Assembly: GCA_018650285.1 (NCBI GenBank)
Contig: JABIGF010000014.1
Span: 683 to 64,682, forward strand
DNA: 64,000 nt
Reading direction: 5' to 3'
From: Methanobacteriota archaeon
GTDB taxonomy: Archaea > Thermoplasmatota > Poseidoniia > Poseidoniales > Thalassarchaeaceae
Shown here: positions 19,584 through 28,497 of the stretch, in pieces
Layout of the letters: the number at the start of each line of letters is the position of its first letter
Numbering within the stretch: position 1 is the first letter of the stretch
Translations under genes and position numbers: made by a program
The notes under the pieces: generated by a model
The model's input: only the letters and a program-made list of their open reading frames with translations
The model's database searches: none
Told to the model about the DNA's origin: nothing

Positions 19584-21368
19584 ATGGAACCCATCATCAA
19601 CGATTTCACATTCAACATCGCCACAGCCAACGGGACTGGGTCCCAATCAGCAAACCTGATATTACTACAAACTATGTTTGAGATGGGTGTTCCTGTTAGT
19701 GGAAAAAACCTCTTTCCTTCTAATATCTCAGGACTACCTACATGGTATATCATCCGCGTCTCTGATGACGGTTACCAAGCACCAGGCGACCGAACTCACA
19801 TTCAAGTATTGATGAACAAAGTCACTTGGGAAAAGGATGTTGCGGCTCTTGAAGCCGGCACTATTGTCATCTACAATACCGATGTAAAAATGCCTGTTGA
19901 AAGGGATGATTTGGTTCTATACCCTATCCCAATGACAAAAATTGCTCGGGGGTTAAATCCAAAATTAGCTCGCATGATCTCTAACATGGTCTATGTCGGT
20001 GTTATTGCAGAAATCATTGGTCTTGACCAATCGGTTCTAGAGACTGCAATCATCAAACAATTCGATGGCAAAACAAAGGCAATTGAATTAAATTCTACTG
20101 CCATCACTTTGGGCCGTGAATATGTGGCAGAAAATTTTGAAGAAATGTGCCCTTATGTCATTGAATCAAGAGAAAAAGACCCTGATGCTTTCATTATTGA
20201 TGGAAACAAAGCTGTTGCTCTCGGCTCAATATTTGGTGGTGTTACAATGCTTTCATGGTATCCAATTACTCCATCCACATCTATTGCTGAAGATATCATC
20301 TCATACTTACCAAGTCTTCGTACAGATGAAGATGGAAATCTCACATGTGCTGTCATTCAAACTGAGGATGAACTAGCAGCAGCAGGAATGGTCGTTGGTG
20401 CCGGATGGGCTGGTGGCCGAGCAATGACTTGTACCTCAGGCCCGGGGATTTCATTGATGTCTGAATTTGTTGGACTTGCCTATTTCTCAGAAGTACCCGG
20501 AGTCATCTGGGATGTCAACCGCGCTGGCCCTTCAACCGGTTTACCAACAAGAACCCAACAAGGAGACCTTTCTATGCTCTTCGAACTTGGTCATGGGGAT
20601 ACGAAACATATCGTGTTAATCCCCGGCAACATGGCGGAATGTTTTGAATTTGGATGGCGTGCTTTTGACTTAGCAGAACGCTACCAAACCATCGTCTTCG
20701 GATTCTCTGACCTTGACCTTGGAATGAATCGCTGGGTCTGCAAAGGTTTTGATTATCCTGAGAAAGTAGACCGCGGGAAAGTCTTGCATTCACAATCTGA
20801 AATTGATGCGATTGGAAATTTCGGTAGATATCGTGACATAGATGGCGATGGGATTTGTTACAGAACATTACCCGGAAGTGGCCTTGAGCCAATTCTCTAT
20901 CGTGGAACCGGCCGTGACGAAGATGGAGCATATTCCGAAAATCCAGAAGTTTATGTTGCCAACATGGAGCGATTGAAAAGAAAAATTAACGGTGCAAGAA
21001 CCGTTCTCCCTCAACCTATTCTCAGAGAAGAACCTGAAAAACAAGTGGGGATTATCTATTATGGTTCAATGGAAAATACCATACAAGAAATTGATGATGT
21101 TTTAGAATCAACAGGGCTGAAAGTAAGCCAATGCAGAATACGCTCATTGCCAATATCTCCTGTCGTTGAAGAGTTCGTTGCATCTCACGAACAAATTATC
21201 GTCCTAGAAGTCAATCGTGATGGGCAGTTATATGGTATTCTGCGTAAAGAATTGCCTATTAATCTCGTACCACGGGTACACAGTGTAGCCTATTCTGATG
21301 GGCTTCCAACACGTGCAAGAAAATATGCCGATATGATTCGTGAAAAGTTACTTGAGGTGATGCCTTGA
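19584..21368 (+). CDS. korA: 2-oxoacid:ferredoxin oxidoreductase, alpha subunit (fused gamma-alpha type)
   Basis: 594 aa. The N-terminal gamma-like domain (ATANGTGSQSANLIL) is followed by the alpha domain (GNKAVALGSIFGGVTMLSWYPITPST; TEDELAAAGMVVGAGWAGGRAMTCTSGPG). It overlaps the beta-subunit gene. Confidence 0.9.
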   Translation: MEPIINDFTFNIATANGTGSQSANLILLQTMFEMGVPVSGKNLFPSNISGLPTWYIIRVSDDGYQAPGDRTHIQVLMNKVTWEKDVAALEAGTIVIYNTDVKMPVERDDLVLYPIPMTKIARGLNPKLARMISNMVYVGVIAEIIGLDQSVLETAIIKQFDGKTKAIELNSTAITLGREYVAENFEEMCPYVIESREKDPDAFIIDGNKAVALGSIFGGVTMLSWYPITPSTSIAEDIISYLPSLRTDEDGNLTCAVIQTEDELAAAGMVVGAGWAGGRAMTCTSGPGISLMSEFVGLAYFSEVPGVIWDVNRAGPSTGLPTRTQQGDLSMLFELGHGDTKHIVLIPGNMAECFEFGWRAFDLAERYQTIVFGFSDLDLGMNRWVCKGFDYPEKVDRGKVLHSQSEIDAIGNFGRYRDIDGDGICYRTLPGSGLEPILYRGTGRDEDGAYSENPEVYVANMERLKRKINGARTVLPQPILREEPEKQVGIIYYGSMENTIQEIDDVLESTGLKVSQCRIRSLPISPVVEEFVASHEQIIVLEVNRDGQLYGILRKELPINLVPRVHSVAYSDGLPTRARKYADMIREKLLEVMP

Positions 21369-22387
21369 AGTTGAATATTATTGATTTACCAAAAGATGAT
21401 TACAAGGGCGGCCCATCTTCACTATGCCCTGGTTGTGGGCACGACCAAATTTCCAATGTTGTAATAAATGCTGCATGGGAAAATGGAATTGAACCTGATA
21501 GAATAGCAAAGATGAGCGGAATTGGTTGTTCATCAAAAACACCTGCATACTTCCTTGGGAAATCTCATGGTTTCAACACACTACATGGCAGAATGCCATC
21601 TGTCACCACTGGAGCAAATGTGACCAACAAAGATTTGCATTTCATCGCCGTCTCAGGCGATGGGGATACCGCGAGTATTGGAATCGGACAATTTGTCCAT
21701 GCAATCCGCAGAAACTTGAACATGGTTTACATCATTGAAAACAATGGTGTGTATGGATTGACAAAAGGGCAATACTCTGCAACAGTAGAAAAGGGCTCTC
21801 AGAAAAGAAAGGCCAAAATGAATGAGAGCCCACCAATTGACCTGTGCGCTATGGCAATTAACCTAGGTTGCACATTCGTAGCCCGCTCATTTTCAGGCTC
21901 AAAAAAGCAGTTGACTTCTCTGATGAAGGCAGCAATGAGTCATCGCGGTACTGCAATCATTGATGTGATTTCACCTTGTGTTACATTCAACAACAACGAT
22001 GAATCTTTCAGATCATACGGGTATGTCAAGGACAATCAGACCGAACTACACTCCTATGATTTCATTCCAAAATTCAAGCCCATTACAGAAGTGGAAGTAC
22101 CAGAAGGAGAATATAGGGACATCACTCTTTTTGACGGCTCTATTCTCAGACTTGAGACCATCGGAAGTGACCACGACCCATCGGATGCCGTAAACGCTCT
22201 TTCGCATATACACCATGCTGAACAAGAACAAAAACATGTGACTGGACTATTGTATCACAATCCTGTGCCAAAGACCCTAGATGAGATGCTCAACCTTTCC
22301 AATACTCCTCTAGCCGAACTTTCAGATGACATGATACGCCCAAGCGAAGAGAATTTAGAAGCACTGCTCAGTGAGTTGCGGTCATAA
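21365..22387 (+). CDS. korB: 2-oxoacid:ferredoxin oxidoreductase, beta (TPP-binding) subunit
   Basis: CPGCGHDQI N-terminal motif, and TPP-binding GDGDTASIGIGQFVHAIRRNLNMVYIIENNGVYGLTKGQ. The TTG start overlaps the korA stop by 4 nt (TTGA), implying translational coupling. Confidence 0.9.
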   Translation: MKLNIIDLPKDDYKGGPSSLCPGCGHDQISNVVINAAWENGIEPDRIAKMSGIGCSSKTPAYFLGKSHGFNTLHGRMPSVTTGANVTNKDLHFIAVSGDGDTASIGIGQFVHAIRRNLNMVYIIENNGVYGLTKGQYSATVEKGSQKRKAKMNESPPIDLCAMAINLGCTFVARSFSGSKKQLTSLMKAAMSHRGTAIIDVISPCVTFNNNDESFRSYGYVKDNQTELHSYDFIPKFKPITEVEVPEGEYRDITLFDGSILRLETIGSDHDPSDAVNALSHIHHAEQEQKHVTGLLYHNPVPKTLDEMLNLSNTPLAELSDDMIRPSEENLEALLSELRS

Positions 22388-22424
22388 GCACGGTTTGAAA
22401 ACGAATGACCTCTCGTTGCATCTC

Positions 22425-23285
22425 ATGGGACCACACCTCACCATAGGGCATGCCACAACAAATGGGGAATTAGCACACACTTCCAATGTCCCACAATTTG
22501 GCCTAGGTACATTCCTAATGAGTGAACCAGGAGAATGCAAAAAAGCAGTATATACTGCTTTAGATATGGGCTACAAGCATATTGACACCGCAATGGCTTA
22601 TGCAAATGAGCATGAAGTCGGCCAGGCAATTGCTGAAGCAATTGAAAATGGAATTATCACACGAGAAGAGTTGTTTGTTACAACAAAACTTCGTCGTCCG
22701 CATGCACTTGGATTTGAAGAGGCGAAGCAACGTTGTCAAGAATCATTAAAAAATCTAGGCTTAGATTATGTTGACCTGTATCTAGTACATGCACCACCTG
22801 AAAATCTAGAACATCGAGAACCCACTTGGAAGGGGATGGAGGCTTGTCTTCTAGAAGGATGGACAAAGGCGATAGGGGTCTCAAACTATGGAGCCCATCA
22901 TCTAGACAAAATGCGAAGTTATGCAACTTACATGCCTGCAGTCAACCAAATAGAAGTTCACCCATGGCTACAGCGAGATGCTTTACGCGCTGCTACAGAA
23001 GCTGTTGGTGCAAAGGTGATGGCTTATTCTCCGCTAGCGAGAGGCCACAAAGTAAACGACAAGAAATTGGTGGAAATTGCAAAAAAGGTTGATTCTACAC
23101 CTGCTCAAGCGGCAATAAAATGGTGCTTAGATGCAGGGTGTATTACTGTACCAAAATCAAGTAATTCAGGACGAATTGGAGAGAACCTTGAGGCACTTAA
23201 GGTTGATTTGTCTTCACACATTGAAGCATTTCAGGCACTTGACGAGCACTATATTTCAGGATGGGATCCTACTTCCGAAGCGTGA
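22425..23285 (+). CDS. aldo/keto reductase family oxidoreductase
   Basis: AKR signatures PQFGLGTF, GYKHIDTAMAYANE, YVDLYLVHAP, IGVSNY and SPLARG. The ORF track starts at 22371, overlapping korB; the ATG at 22425 gives a typical AKR N-terminus. Confidence 0.85.
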   Translation: MGPHLTIGHATTNGELAHTSNVPQFGLGTFLMSEPGECKKAVYTALDMGYKHIDTAMAYANEHEVGQAIAEAIENGIITREELFVTTKLRRPHALGFEEAKQRCQESLKNLGLDYVDLYLVHAPPENLEHREPTWKGMEACLLEGWTKAIGVSNYGAHHLDKMRSYATYMPAVNQIEVHPWLQRDALRAATEAVGAKVMAYSPLARGHKVNDKKLVEIAKKVDSTPAQAAIKWCLDAGCITVPKSSNSGRIGENLEALKVDLSSHIEAFQALDEHYISGWDPTSEA

Positions 23286-23294
23286 GGCGATAAC

Positions 23295-23510
23295 ATGGAA
23301 TGGTATTGGTGGGCTGCAATTATTGTTGGTATCCTCATCATTTTACCAGACCCTATTGGAATACTAATTGGCCTACTACTTGACCGCTGGTTCAATGAAT
23401 TTGAAGAAAAGGGAATTGACGTTAGTACAAGCCGCCACAAAAAATTGCGTGAATCGGGCCAAACCCGAGATTTCAGCGACAACAATTCAGAGGTGGGACC
23501 TGATGATTGA
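23295..23510 (+). CDS. small hypothetical membrane protein (71 aa)
   Basis: The ORF starts 10 nt after the AKR stop. It has one hydrophobic helix (WWAAIIVGILIILPDPIGILIGLLL) and then a charged tail. No family recognised. Confidence 0.35.
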   Translation: MEWYWWAAIIVGILIILPDPIGILIGLLLDRWFNEFEEKGIDVSTSRHKKLRESGQTRDFSDNNSEVGPDD

Positions 23511-23540
23511 AACTTCAATATTGAGTGGCTATCGGTTGGC

Positions 23541-23548
23541 TTGAAATA
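23541..23548 (+). promoter_or_regulatory. TATA-like box TTGAAATA upstream of tRNA-Gln
   Basis: The identical octamer occurs upstream of tRNA-iMet. Here its centre is ~32 nt upstream of the mature tRNA 5' end, consistent with an archaeal TATA box and a short leader. Confidence 0.35.
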
Positions 23549-23576
23549 ACCGAGGCTTCTCCCCACATATACGCAC

Positions 23577-23652
23577 AGCCCCTTAGTGTAGCGGTCCATC
23601 ATCTGTGACTCTGGATCATAGGACTCCAGTTCAAATCTGGAAGGGGCTACCA
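23577..23652 (+). tRNA. tRNA-Gln (anticodon CTG), CCA encoded
   Basis: Folded by hand. The acceptor stem AGCCCCT/AGGGGCT has 7 Watson-Crick pairs with A1:U72. D-arm GTGT-AGCGGTCCA-TCAT. Anticodon stem TGTGA/TCATA with loop CTCTGGA, giving anticodon CTG. T-arm TCCAG-TTCAAAT-CTGGA, discriminator A, then genomic CCA. No intron. Confidence 0.9.
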
Positions 23653-23727
23653 TTCACAATGAAATGGTTGTTTGAATGTTGCATGCATCTACTATTTTGA
23701 GAAAAAAGATAGAAGAATTCTGCCGAA

Positions 23728-24234
23728 TCAAGAGATTAATTTGCTTAAACTATCAACCACTGCGGTGATGCTTGCAGGATTCGCTTCTTTCCACGACTTA
23801 GAAATTACAACACGCCCAACTATTGTGCAACCTAAGAATGCAAATTGCATTCTCATTGCAGAAATAATGTATTCCCCGCCACCACCAGATGCAGTAGCGA
23901 GTCCAACTGGTTTACCATTAAACAAGGCTCGAAAATCCTCGCCTTCTTTAGATAACCATGAGACAGTATTAGCTAGAGATGGGGGGGTCAAACCATTGTA
24001 CTCAGGAGCACAAATAACCCAAGCATCTGCTGAAGAAAGGCGCTGCATTAATTCAGACATCCCATCAAGTGGCATTATTGTTCTTGCCAATTCTGGTGTA
24101 AAAAGTGGGAAGTTAAGTCCGCACAAGTCAACAATATCTGCTTCAAAACCTTTGTTTTCAACTTCTTCGGCAAATTTTTCAGCCAATTCCATGTTCTTCC
24201 CAGTCGATGCTGCCCAAATTGCAACCGTCACCAT
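23728..24234 (-). CDS. NAD(P)H-dependent FMN reductase / flavodoxin-like fold protein
   Basis: 168 aa. The N-terminal beta-strand plus loop VTVAIWAASTGKN and the family motif ICAPEYNGLTPPSLANTVSWLS match the FMN_red pattern. Confidence 0.8.
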   Translation of the reverse strand: MVTVAIWAASTGKNMELAEKFAEEVENKGFEADIVDLCGLNFPLFTPELARTIMPLDGMSELMQRLSSADAWVICAPEYNGLTPPSLANTVSWLSKEGEDFRALFNGKPVGLATASGGGGEYIISAMRMQFAFLGCTIVGRVVISKSWKEANPASITAVVDSLSKLIS

Positions 24235-24298
24235 AAAAATATGGCATAGATAATGACATTTGAACCGTTGTCTGTAAAATAAAATTAAAATTTAATAA

Positions 24299-24487
24299 TT
24301 ATATTAATCGATAGGCATATCTTGATACCCATCCCAACATTAAGAGAATCATAAACCAAGCAAGAGAAATACGTGAAATGCGTGAAATAAACGCCTTCCT
24401 TTTTCGCTCTTTTTCCACCTCTTCAAGAAGTGGAGCGAGGGGGTCATCCCGGCTCATGTATCCTCGGATAGGTGCAAGAGATTTCAA
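24299..24487 (-). CDS. small hypothetical membrane protein (62 aa)
   Basis: A short ORF with a basic stretch (EKERKRKAF) followed by one hydrophobic helix (ISLAWFMILLMLGWV). There is no support beyond ORF integrity. Confidence 0.3.
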   Translation of the reverse strand: MKSLAPIRGYMSRDDPLAPLLEEVEKERKRKAFISRISRISLAWFMILLMLGWVSRYAYRLI

Positions 24488-24499
24488 GCGAGGGGGTCT

Positions 24500-26038
24500 G
24501 TGGGTATATTGATGAGCGAAGTGCCTGAAGGATTCGCACCCCCAAAAACGGAGGAGGCTCGCATTCGCCCATCAGCATCTTTAGTTGCAACAAGAGATGG
24601 TTCAAATGGTATTGAAATCTTATTTTGTCATAGAGTCCCACAAATGCCTTCCTTCCCTGATTTTTGGGCCTTCCCTGGTGGAGGAGTAACTCGTTTTGAC
24701 CGCAATGCAGCAGAAGAATTGACTCAATTATCAGCAGATGAAAACGGTGCTGCTCTTGTCGCCTTAATGCGGGAAATGGTAGAAGAGATAGGTTGGATGA
24801 ATAGCCAAGAAGGCGTAGTAATCGTAGACAGCACAAGTAGAGATTCTGTTGTGGAAAATGGCAAAAATTGGCATCCACTTGTAATACAAGGGGAACTATT
24901 AGCAGAACCTGCAAGATTCAAATTAATTTCAATCAGAACCACGCCACCCCTATCTCCTATGCGATTTACCAACCGCTTTTTCCATCTTCATGATACATCT
25001 CCTCCTGAACCAACCGTGCCAAATGGCCGCAGTGAATTTGATGAATTCCGTTGGCTAACACCTAAGCAAGCACTTGATGCTTGGAATAATAGTGAAATGA
25101 GAATTCCACCACCTCAAATTACTCTTCTACGTGATATGATAATACATCTTGAAAAAACAGGAGGAGATATTGAATCTGCTACTACAACAATGTGTGAAAA
25201 CCCACCTTGTGGTGAGCATAGAATTGAATTTGCACCAAGTGTTGAATGTATACCTCTCCCAACCTATACACTGCCTCCAGCCACCCATACTAATTGCTAC
25301 ATCATTGGAGATTGCGGCGGCGACTTAATTGTCGTTGATCCTGCTGCAAAAACAGATGAAGGGCTCACATATCTAGAGCGACGAATAAGGGTGGCAGAAG
25401 AAAAAGGAGGAACGGTGATTGCCACAATTTTCACACATCGACACCCAGACCACATAGGTGATTTAACAAAAATCTCAAACATCTATCAAGCGCCTATTTG
25501 GGCCACTGAAGAAACACATTCCGTGATTCCTTCTTGCGATACTGATAGAATACTAAGTGAAGGTGATTCTTTCACTTTAGGTGAAAAGAGATGGGATGTC
25601 TTGGAAACTCCAGGACACTGCCCCGGGCATATTTGTCTTTCAAGTGATGTGGGTATGATTTCAGGCGACATGGCTGTAATGGTTGGAACTATTCTCATCC
25701 CGCCAAGTGATGGAGATATGGCTCAATACCTATCTAGTCTTGAAAGAATGCGTGACTTGAAACCACCCATTCTATTACCTGCGCACGGACCTCTTTCCCC
25801 AGTGCCAGAAAAACTACTAAATCATTATCTAAAACATAGAAGAGCTAGGCATGATAGAGTACTAGATGCGGTCAAGAATGGTATTAGTGAAATAACTCAA
25901 ATTGCCAACTATACCTACGAAGATACACCTGATGCTCATCCAATTCTCAAAGTTGACCAAACTCTATCCCACCTACACACGCACGAAAGAGATGGTAATG
26001 TTAAACAGATTCAAGGCAATTGGCATCTTGCAGACTAA
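24500..26038 (+). CDS. Nudix hydrolase domain fused to an MBL-fold metallo-hydrolase with a C-terminal winged-helix-like segment
   Basis: The N-terminal part has the Nudix box core REMVEEIGW preceded by FPGGGV, with an insertion inside the box. The C-terminal part has the MBL motifs THRHPDHIGD, ETPGHCPGHICL and LPAHGP, followed by LLNHYLKHRRARHDRVLDAV. The start is a GTG at 24500 or the ATG at 24512, which is preceded by AGGGGG. Confidence 0.85.
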   Translation: MGILMSEVPEGFAPPKTEEARIRPSASLVATRDGSNGIEILFCHRVPQMPSFPDFWAFPGGGVTRFDRNAAEELTQLSADENGAALVALMREMVEEIGWMNSQEGVVIVDSTSRDSVVENGKNWHPLVIQGELLAEPARFKLISIRTTPPLSPMRFTNRFFHLHDTSPPEPTVPNGRSEFDEFRWLTPKQALDAWNNSEMRIPPPQITLLRDMIIHLEKTGGDIESATTTMCENPPCGEHRIEFAPSVECIPLPTYTLPPATHTNCYIIGDCGGDLIVVDPAAKTDEGLTYLERRIRVAEEKGGTVIATIFTHRHPDHIGDLTKISNIYQAPIWATEETHSVIPSCDTDRILSEGDSFTLGEKRWDVLETPGHCPGHICLSSDVGMISGDMAVMVGTILIPPSDGDMAQYLSSLERMRDLKPPILLPAHGPLSPVPEKLLNHYLKHRRARHDRVLDAVKNGISEITQIANYTYEDTPDAHPILKVDQTLSHLHTHERDGNVKQIQGNWHLAD

Positions 26039-26051
26039 ATGAGGGGATTAG

Positions 26052-27629
26052 ATGGTCACAAATAATTCTGAAATCAAATTTAATCCTCAAATGTGTGAGT
26101 GTAACAATGTCCCAATTAGTGAATGTGAAGATACAGGGTGTTTGAACTGTGATTGTGACACATATTTACCAAAATGGTTCTGTTGGACTTGGCCTAGTTC
26201 TTTTTGGTGGTGGGTACTTTGGTCAGCGGGATGTGTGTTGTTGGGATTTGGATTATTTTCTAGCATAACATCATTATTAGGCACTAAAAGTGGAGCAGGT
26301 TTGATTCCATTACTTTTGTGCGCACCTGGCTTATTTATGATGGGATTTGCTAGCCCCAACCCATTCCAACAAATGATGAATGTTGCAGTTCCCAATACTC
26401 AAATTGGTGAATGGAATGTTGATCCAAAGCCACCAATGGAATCATCTCAATGGCATTTAAACAGGCTGGAATGGAATGAAAAGTTGGGAGAATGGATTCC
26501 TAATCCATTGTCAAGATATGAACAAGACGGCCCCACTATTTCTGTAACACAAGATGGTGAGGAATGGATTTTATTAATGGATGATGAAGAAATGGGTAGG
26601 TTTGATTCTGAAATAGAAGCATCAAAGGAAATGATGAAATCATTGAAAAAATCAGACAAATTAGATGCACAGGAAATGATATTTTCCGAACACCCTCGCC
26701 ATAATCGTTTCAGAGCCCTATTTAATGCGTCACCACCTCAATTTTCCGCCACCTTTTTCCTTTACATTTTTTCTGTGTTGTTTCTAATGGGTGGTTGGTT
26801 TGGTTTCCCTAAGGATGCAAGAATCGAATTATTTGGAATTACTGTTGGATTGATGTTACTTGGAGCAGCGAACTTGTCAATTTCATTTTACAACAATAGG
26901 AAAATCTTGGAAGCATGGGATACAGTAACTTCAATTGTGAAATTTGTTGATGCTGGTCACAATGAATTTGTTGGGCAAGTTCGCCCAATTAACGATGTTT
27001 CAAATTCAGTATTGCATGTTGATGGCTGCAAAGACAAGAGTTGGACATTCAGAAATTTAGCTGTGTGGTCATGGTCTTATGACGCTACAGAAACATGGAC
27101 CGAACGATATTACGATTCTAATGAAAAGAAATGGAAAACGCGAACTAGAAGAGAAACAAGGCATGTTCGTGGTGGCAACCATGTTTCGGATTATCTACTA
27201 CATGATGGGACTGGGGGGATTTTAGTAAAAACATCTACTTTTGAAGATTTCAACACAGGTCCTGCAATATGGTCTAGTAATAAACGTGGTAAGAAGGGAT
27301 GTGGGCCTTATGATAGACCACGACATGGCGGATCAATGAGCCATGATTGGTCATTATATGCACTCGCTTTTGGAGACCCTACCTATGTCATGGCTAGAGT
27401 AACAAATAGGCCGCATGATGATATCCCAAGAGGGACTGTTTCAGAAAATGCCAGTAGAGTACATCACACATTGATGGCTATTGGGGAAGATGCACCGCGT
27501 AGGCATGCTAGGATATTGAAGGGGACTGAGTTTTCAGTATTGAAGCCAAAGAGGTCGGCATTTGGAAACTTTGGACCTTCGGCTTTGCTAATTATTTCAA
27601 TGCTAATCGTGCTGATGACATCAATGTAA
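26052..27629 (+). CDS. polytopic membrane protein with a Cys-rich N-terminus and a GIDE-like C-terminal domain (tentative)
   Basis: Cys cluster CECNNVPISECEDTGCLNCDC. Five hydrophobic helices. The segment VGQVRPINDV...YLLHDGTGGILVKTSTFEDF resembles the bacterial GIDE (PF12483-type) pattern F-x-L-x-D-x-T-G-x-x-x-V. That family assignment is from memory only. Confidence 0.6.
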   Translation: MVTNNSEIKFNPQMCECNNVPISECEDTGCLNCDCDTYLPKWFCWTWPSSFWWWVLWSAGCVLLGFGLFSSITSLLGTKSGAGLIPLLLCAPGLFMMGFASPNPFQQMMNVAVPNTQIGEWNVDPKPPMESSQWHLNRLEWNEKLGEWIPNPLSRYEQDGPTISVTQDGEEWILLMDDEEMGRFDSEIEASKEMMKSLKKSDKLDAQEMIFSEHPRHNRFRALFNASPPQFSATFFLYIFSVLFLMGGWFGFPKDARIELFGITVGLMLLGAANLSISFYNNRKILEAWDTVTSIVKFVDAGHNEFVGQVRPINDVSNSVLHVDGCKDKSWTFRNLAVWSWSYDATETWTERYYDSNEKKWKTRTRRETRHVRGGNHVSDYLLHDGTGGILVKTSTFEDFNTGPAIWSSNKRGKKGCGPYDRPRHGGSMSHDWSLYALAFGDPTYVMARVTNRPHDDIPRGTVSENASRVHHTLMAIGEDAPRRHARILKGTEFSVLKPKRSAFGNFGPSALLIISMLIVLMTSM

Positions 27630-27631
27630 TA

Positions 27632-28366
27632 TTATTCAGCTTCAGCCATTTGTTCCTTTAGTGCTGCAAGTTCTGCCTTTGCTTTCATCAGTTCTGTCTC
27701 AGCCTCAATTGCAGCGATTTCATCCTTTAATTCCTCGGTTTTCAAATCTGCTTCTGATTGCTTTGACTCTACAAAACTACCAAGACTTGCTCGGCGGTCA
27801 AACATCTGTTCAACTTGCTCTCTAGAGTATATATCAAACAAATCTGCACGCTCGAATCCAAACATTCGGGCAACAAGTAATGTGGGAAACATCTCTGTAA
27901 CGGTGTTGTAATTCTTTGCTGCTTGATTGTATTCTTCAACTTCATTCGCCATCTTTGCTATTGCTTGAACACCTTCTTCAAGTCCAGCAACCAAAACATT
28001 GTGAGAAGTTAGTTGTGGGTTATCTTCTGCAAATGCAAGAACTTGGGGGATGACAGAATCTAGCAAACCATTTGCTGCCATCATGTCTCCTCTATTGCCA
28101 CTGCTTTTTGCTTCGGCAAATTTCTTTCGAGCATTGACGATTTTGTCATATACTGCGCTTTCTAATCCTAATTGCGCTAAATCGGTTTCTTCAACTAAAG
28201 CAACTTTCTGGTCTTTAACACCAATTTGTGTTTCTAAATTCTGATATTGGTTTTCAACTTCATTACGAAGGTCAACCATTCTGTTATATGCACTAATTAT
28301 CCAAAATAATAGCATCAACAATATGATGACAGACACTACTACCATTAACAATAAGGCTCCAGCCAT
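27632..28366 (-). CDS. lemA: LemA family membrane protein with a C-terminal coiled-coil extension
   Basis: N-terminal TM, then the LemA signatures ISAYNRMVDLRNEVENQYQNLETQ and YNQAAKNYNTVTEMFPTLLVARMFGFE. The C-terminal tail is coiled-coil-like (AIEAETELMKAKAELAALKEQMAEAE). Confidence 0.85.
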   Translation of the reverse strand: MAGALLLMVVVSVIILLMLLFWIISAYNRMVDLRNEVENQYQNLETQIGVKDQKVALVEETDLAQLGLESAVYDKIVNARKKFAEAKSSGNRGDMMAANGLLDSVIPQVLAFAEDNPQLTSHNVLVAGLEEGVQAIAKMANEVEEYNQAAKNYNTVTEMFPTLLVARMFGFERADLFDIYSREQVEQMFDRRASLGSFVESKQSEADLKTEELKDEIAAIEAETELMKAKAELAALKEQMAEAE

Positions 28367-28497
28367 GCTATTCGGGACAACTGTTTCACCTATCAGTCTA
28401 TGGCCGTCTGCAAGAATGATATTATGACGAGTTTGATGAAGGGTCGGCGCTGGGACGTTAATTGTCAGGCGAGGGGCAACAGCGAGGAGGTGGAAAA

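Noticed and set aside
23249-23653. 134-aa minus-strand ORF.
   Set aside because: It runs antisense across the entire tRNA-Gln gene and the small ORF 23295..23510. It has no recognisable motif. Its length comes from the absence of stops opposite the tRNA.
23511-23727. Integrated element or att site at the tRNA-Gln gene, and likewise at tRNA-iMet.
   Set aside because: There is no integrase, recombinase or phage-like gene on either side. I saw no duplicated copy of the tRNA 3' half nearby. The flanking genes are ordinary metabolic or membrane genes.
23672-24253. 193-aa plus-strand ORF competing with the minus-strand ORF 23728..24234.
   Set aside because: The minus-strand product carries clear FMN-reductase motifs (ICAPEYNGLTPPSLANTVSWLS). 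The plus-strand translation is low-complexity with no motif, so I treat it as a shadow ORF.
24444-24914. 156-aa minus-strand ORF overlapping the start of the Nudix-MBL gene.
   Set aside because: Its translation is Leu/Gln/His-rich with no motif. The plus-strand frame contains the Nudix box. It is a shadow ORF.
28367-28461. Candidate C/D-box sRNA: UGAUGA-like boxes here, and another at 8816-8822.
   Set aside because: I found no properly spaced D box (CUGA), no C'/D' pair and no terminal stem. The UGAUGA matches are isolated and expected by chance in AT-rich intergenic DNA.
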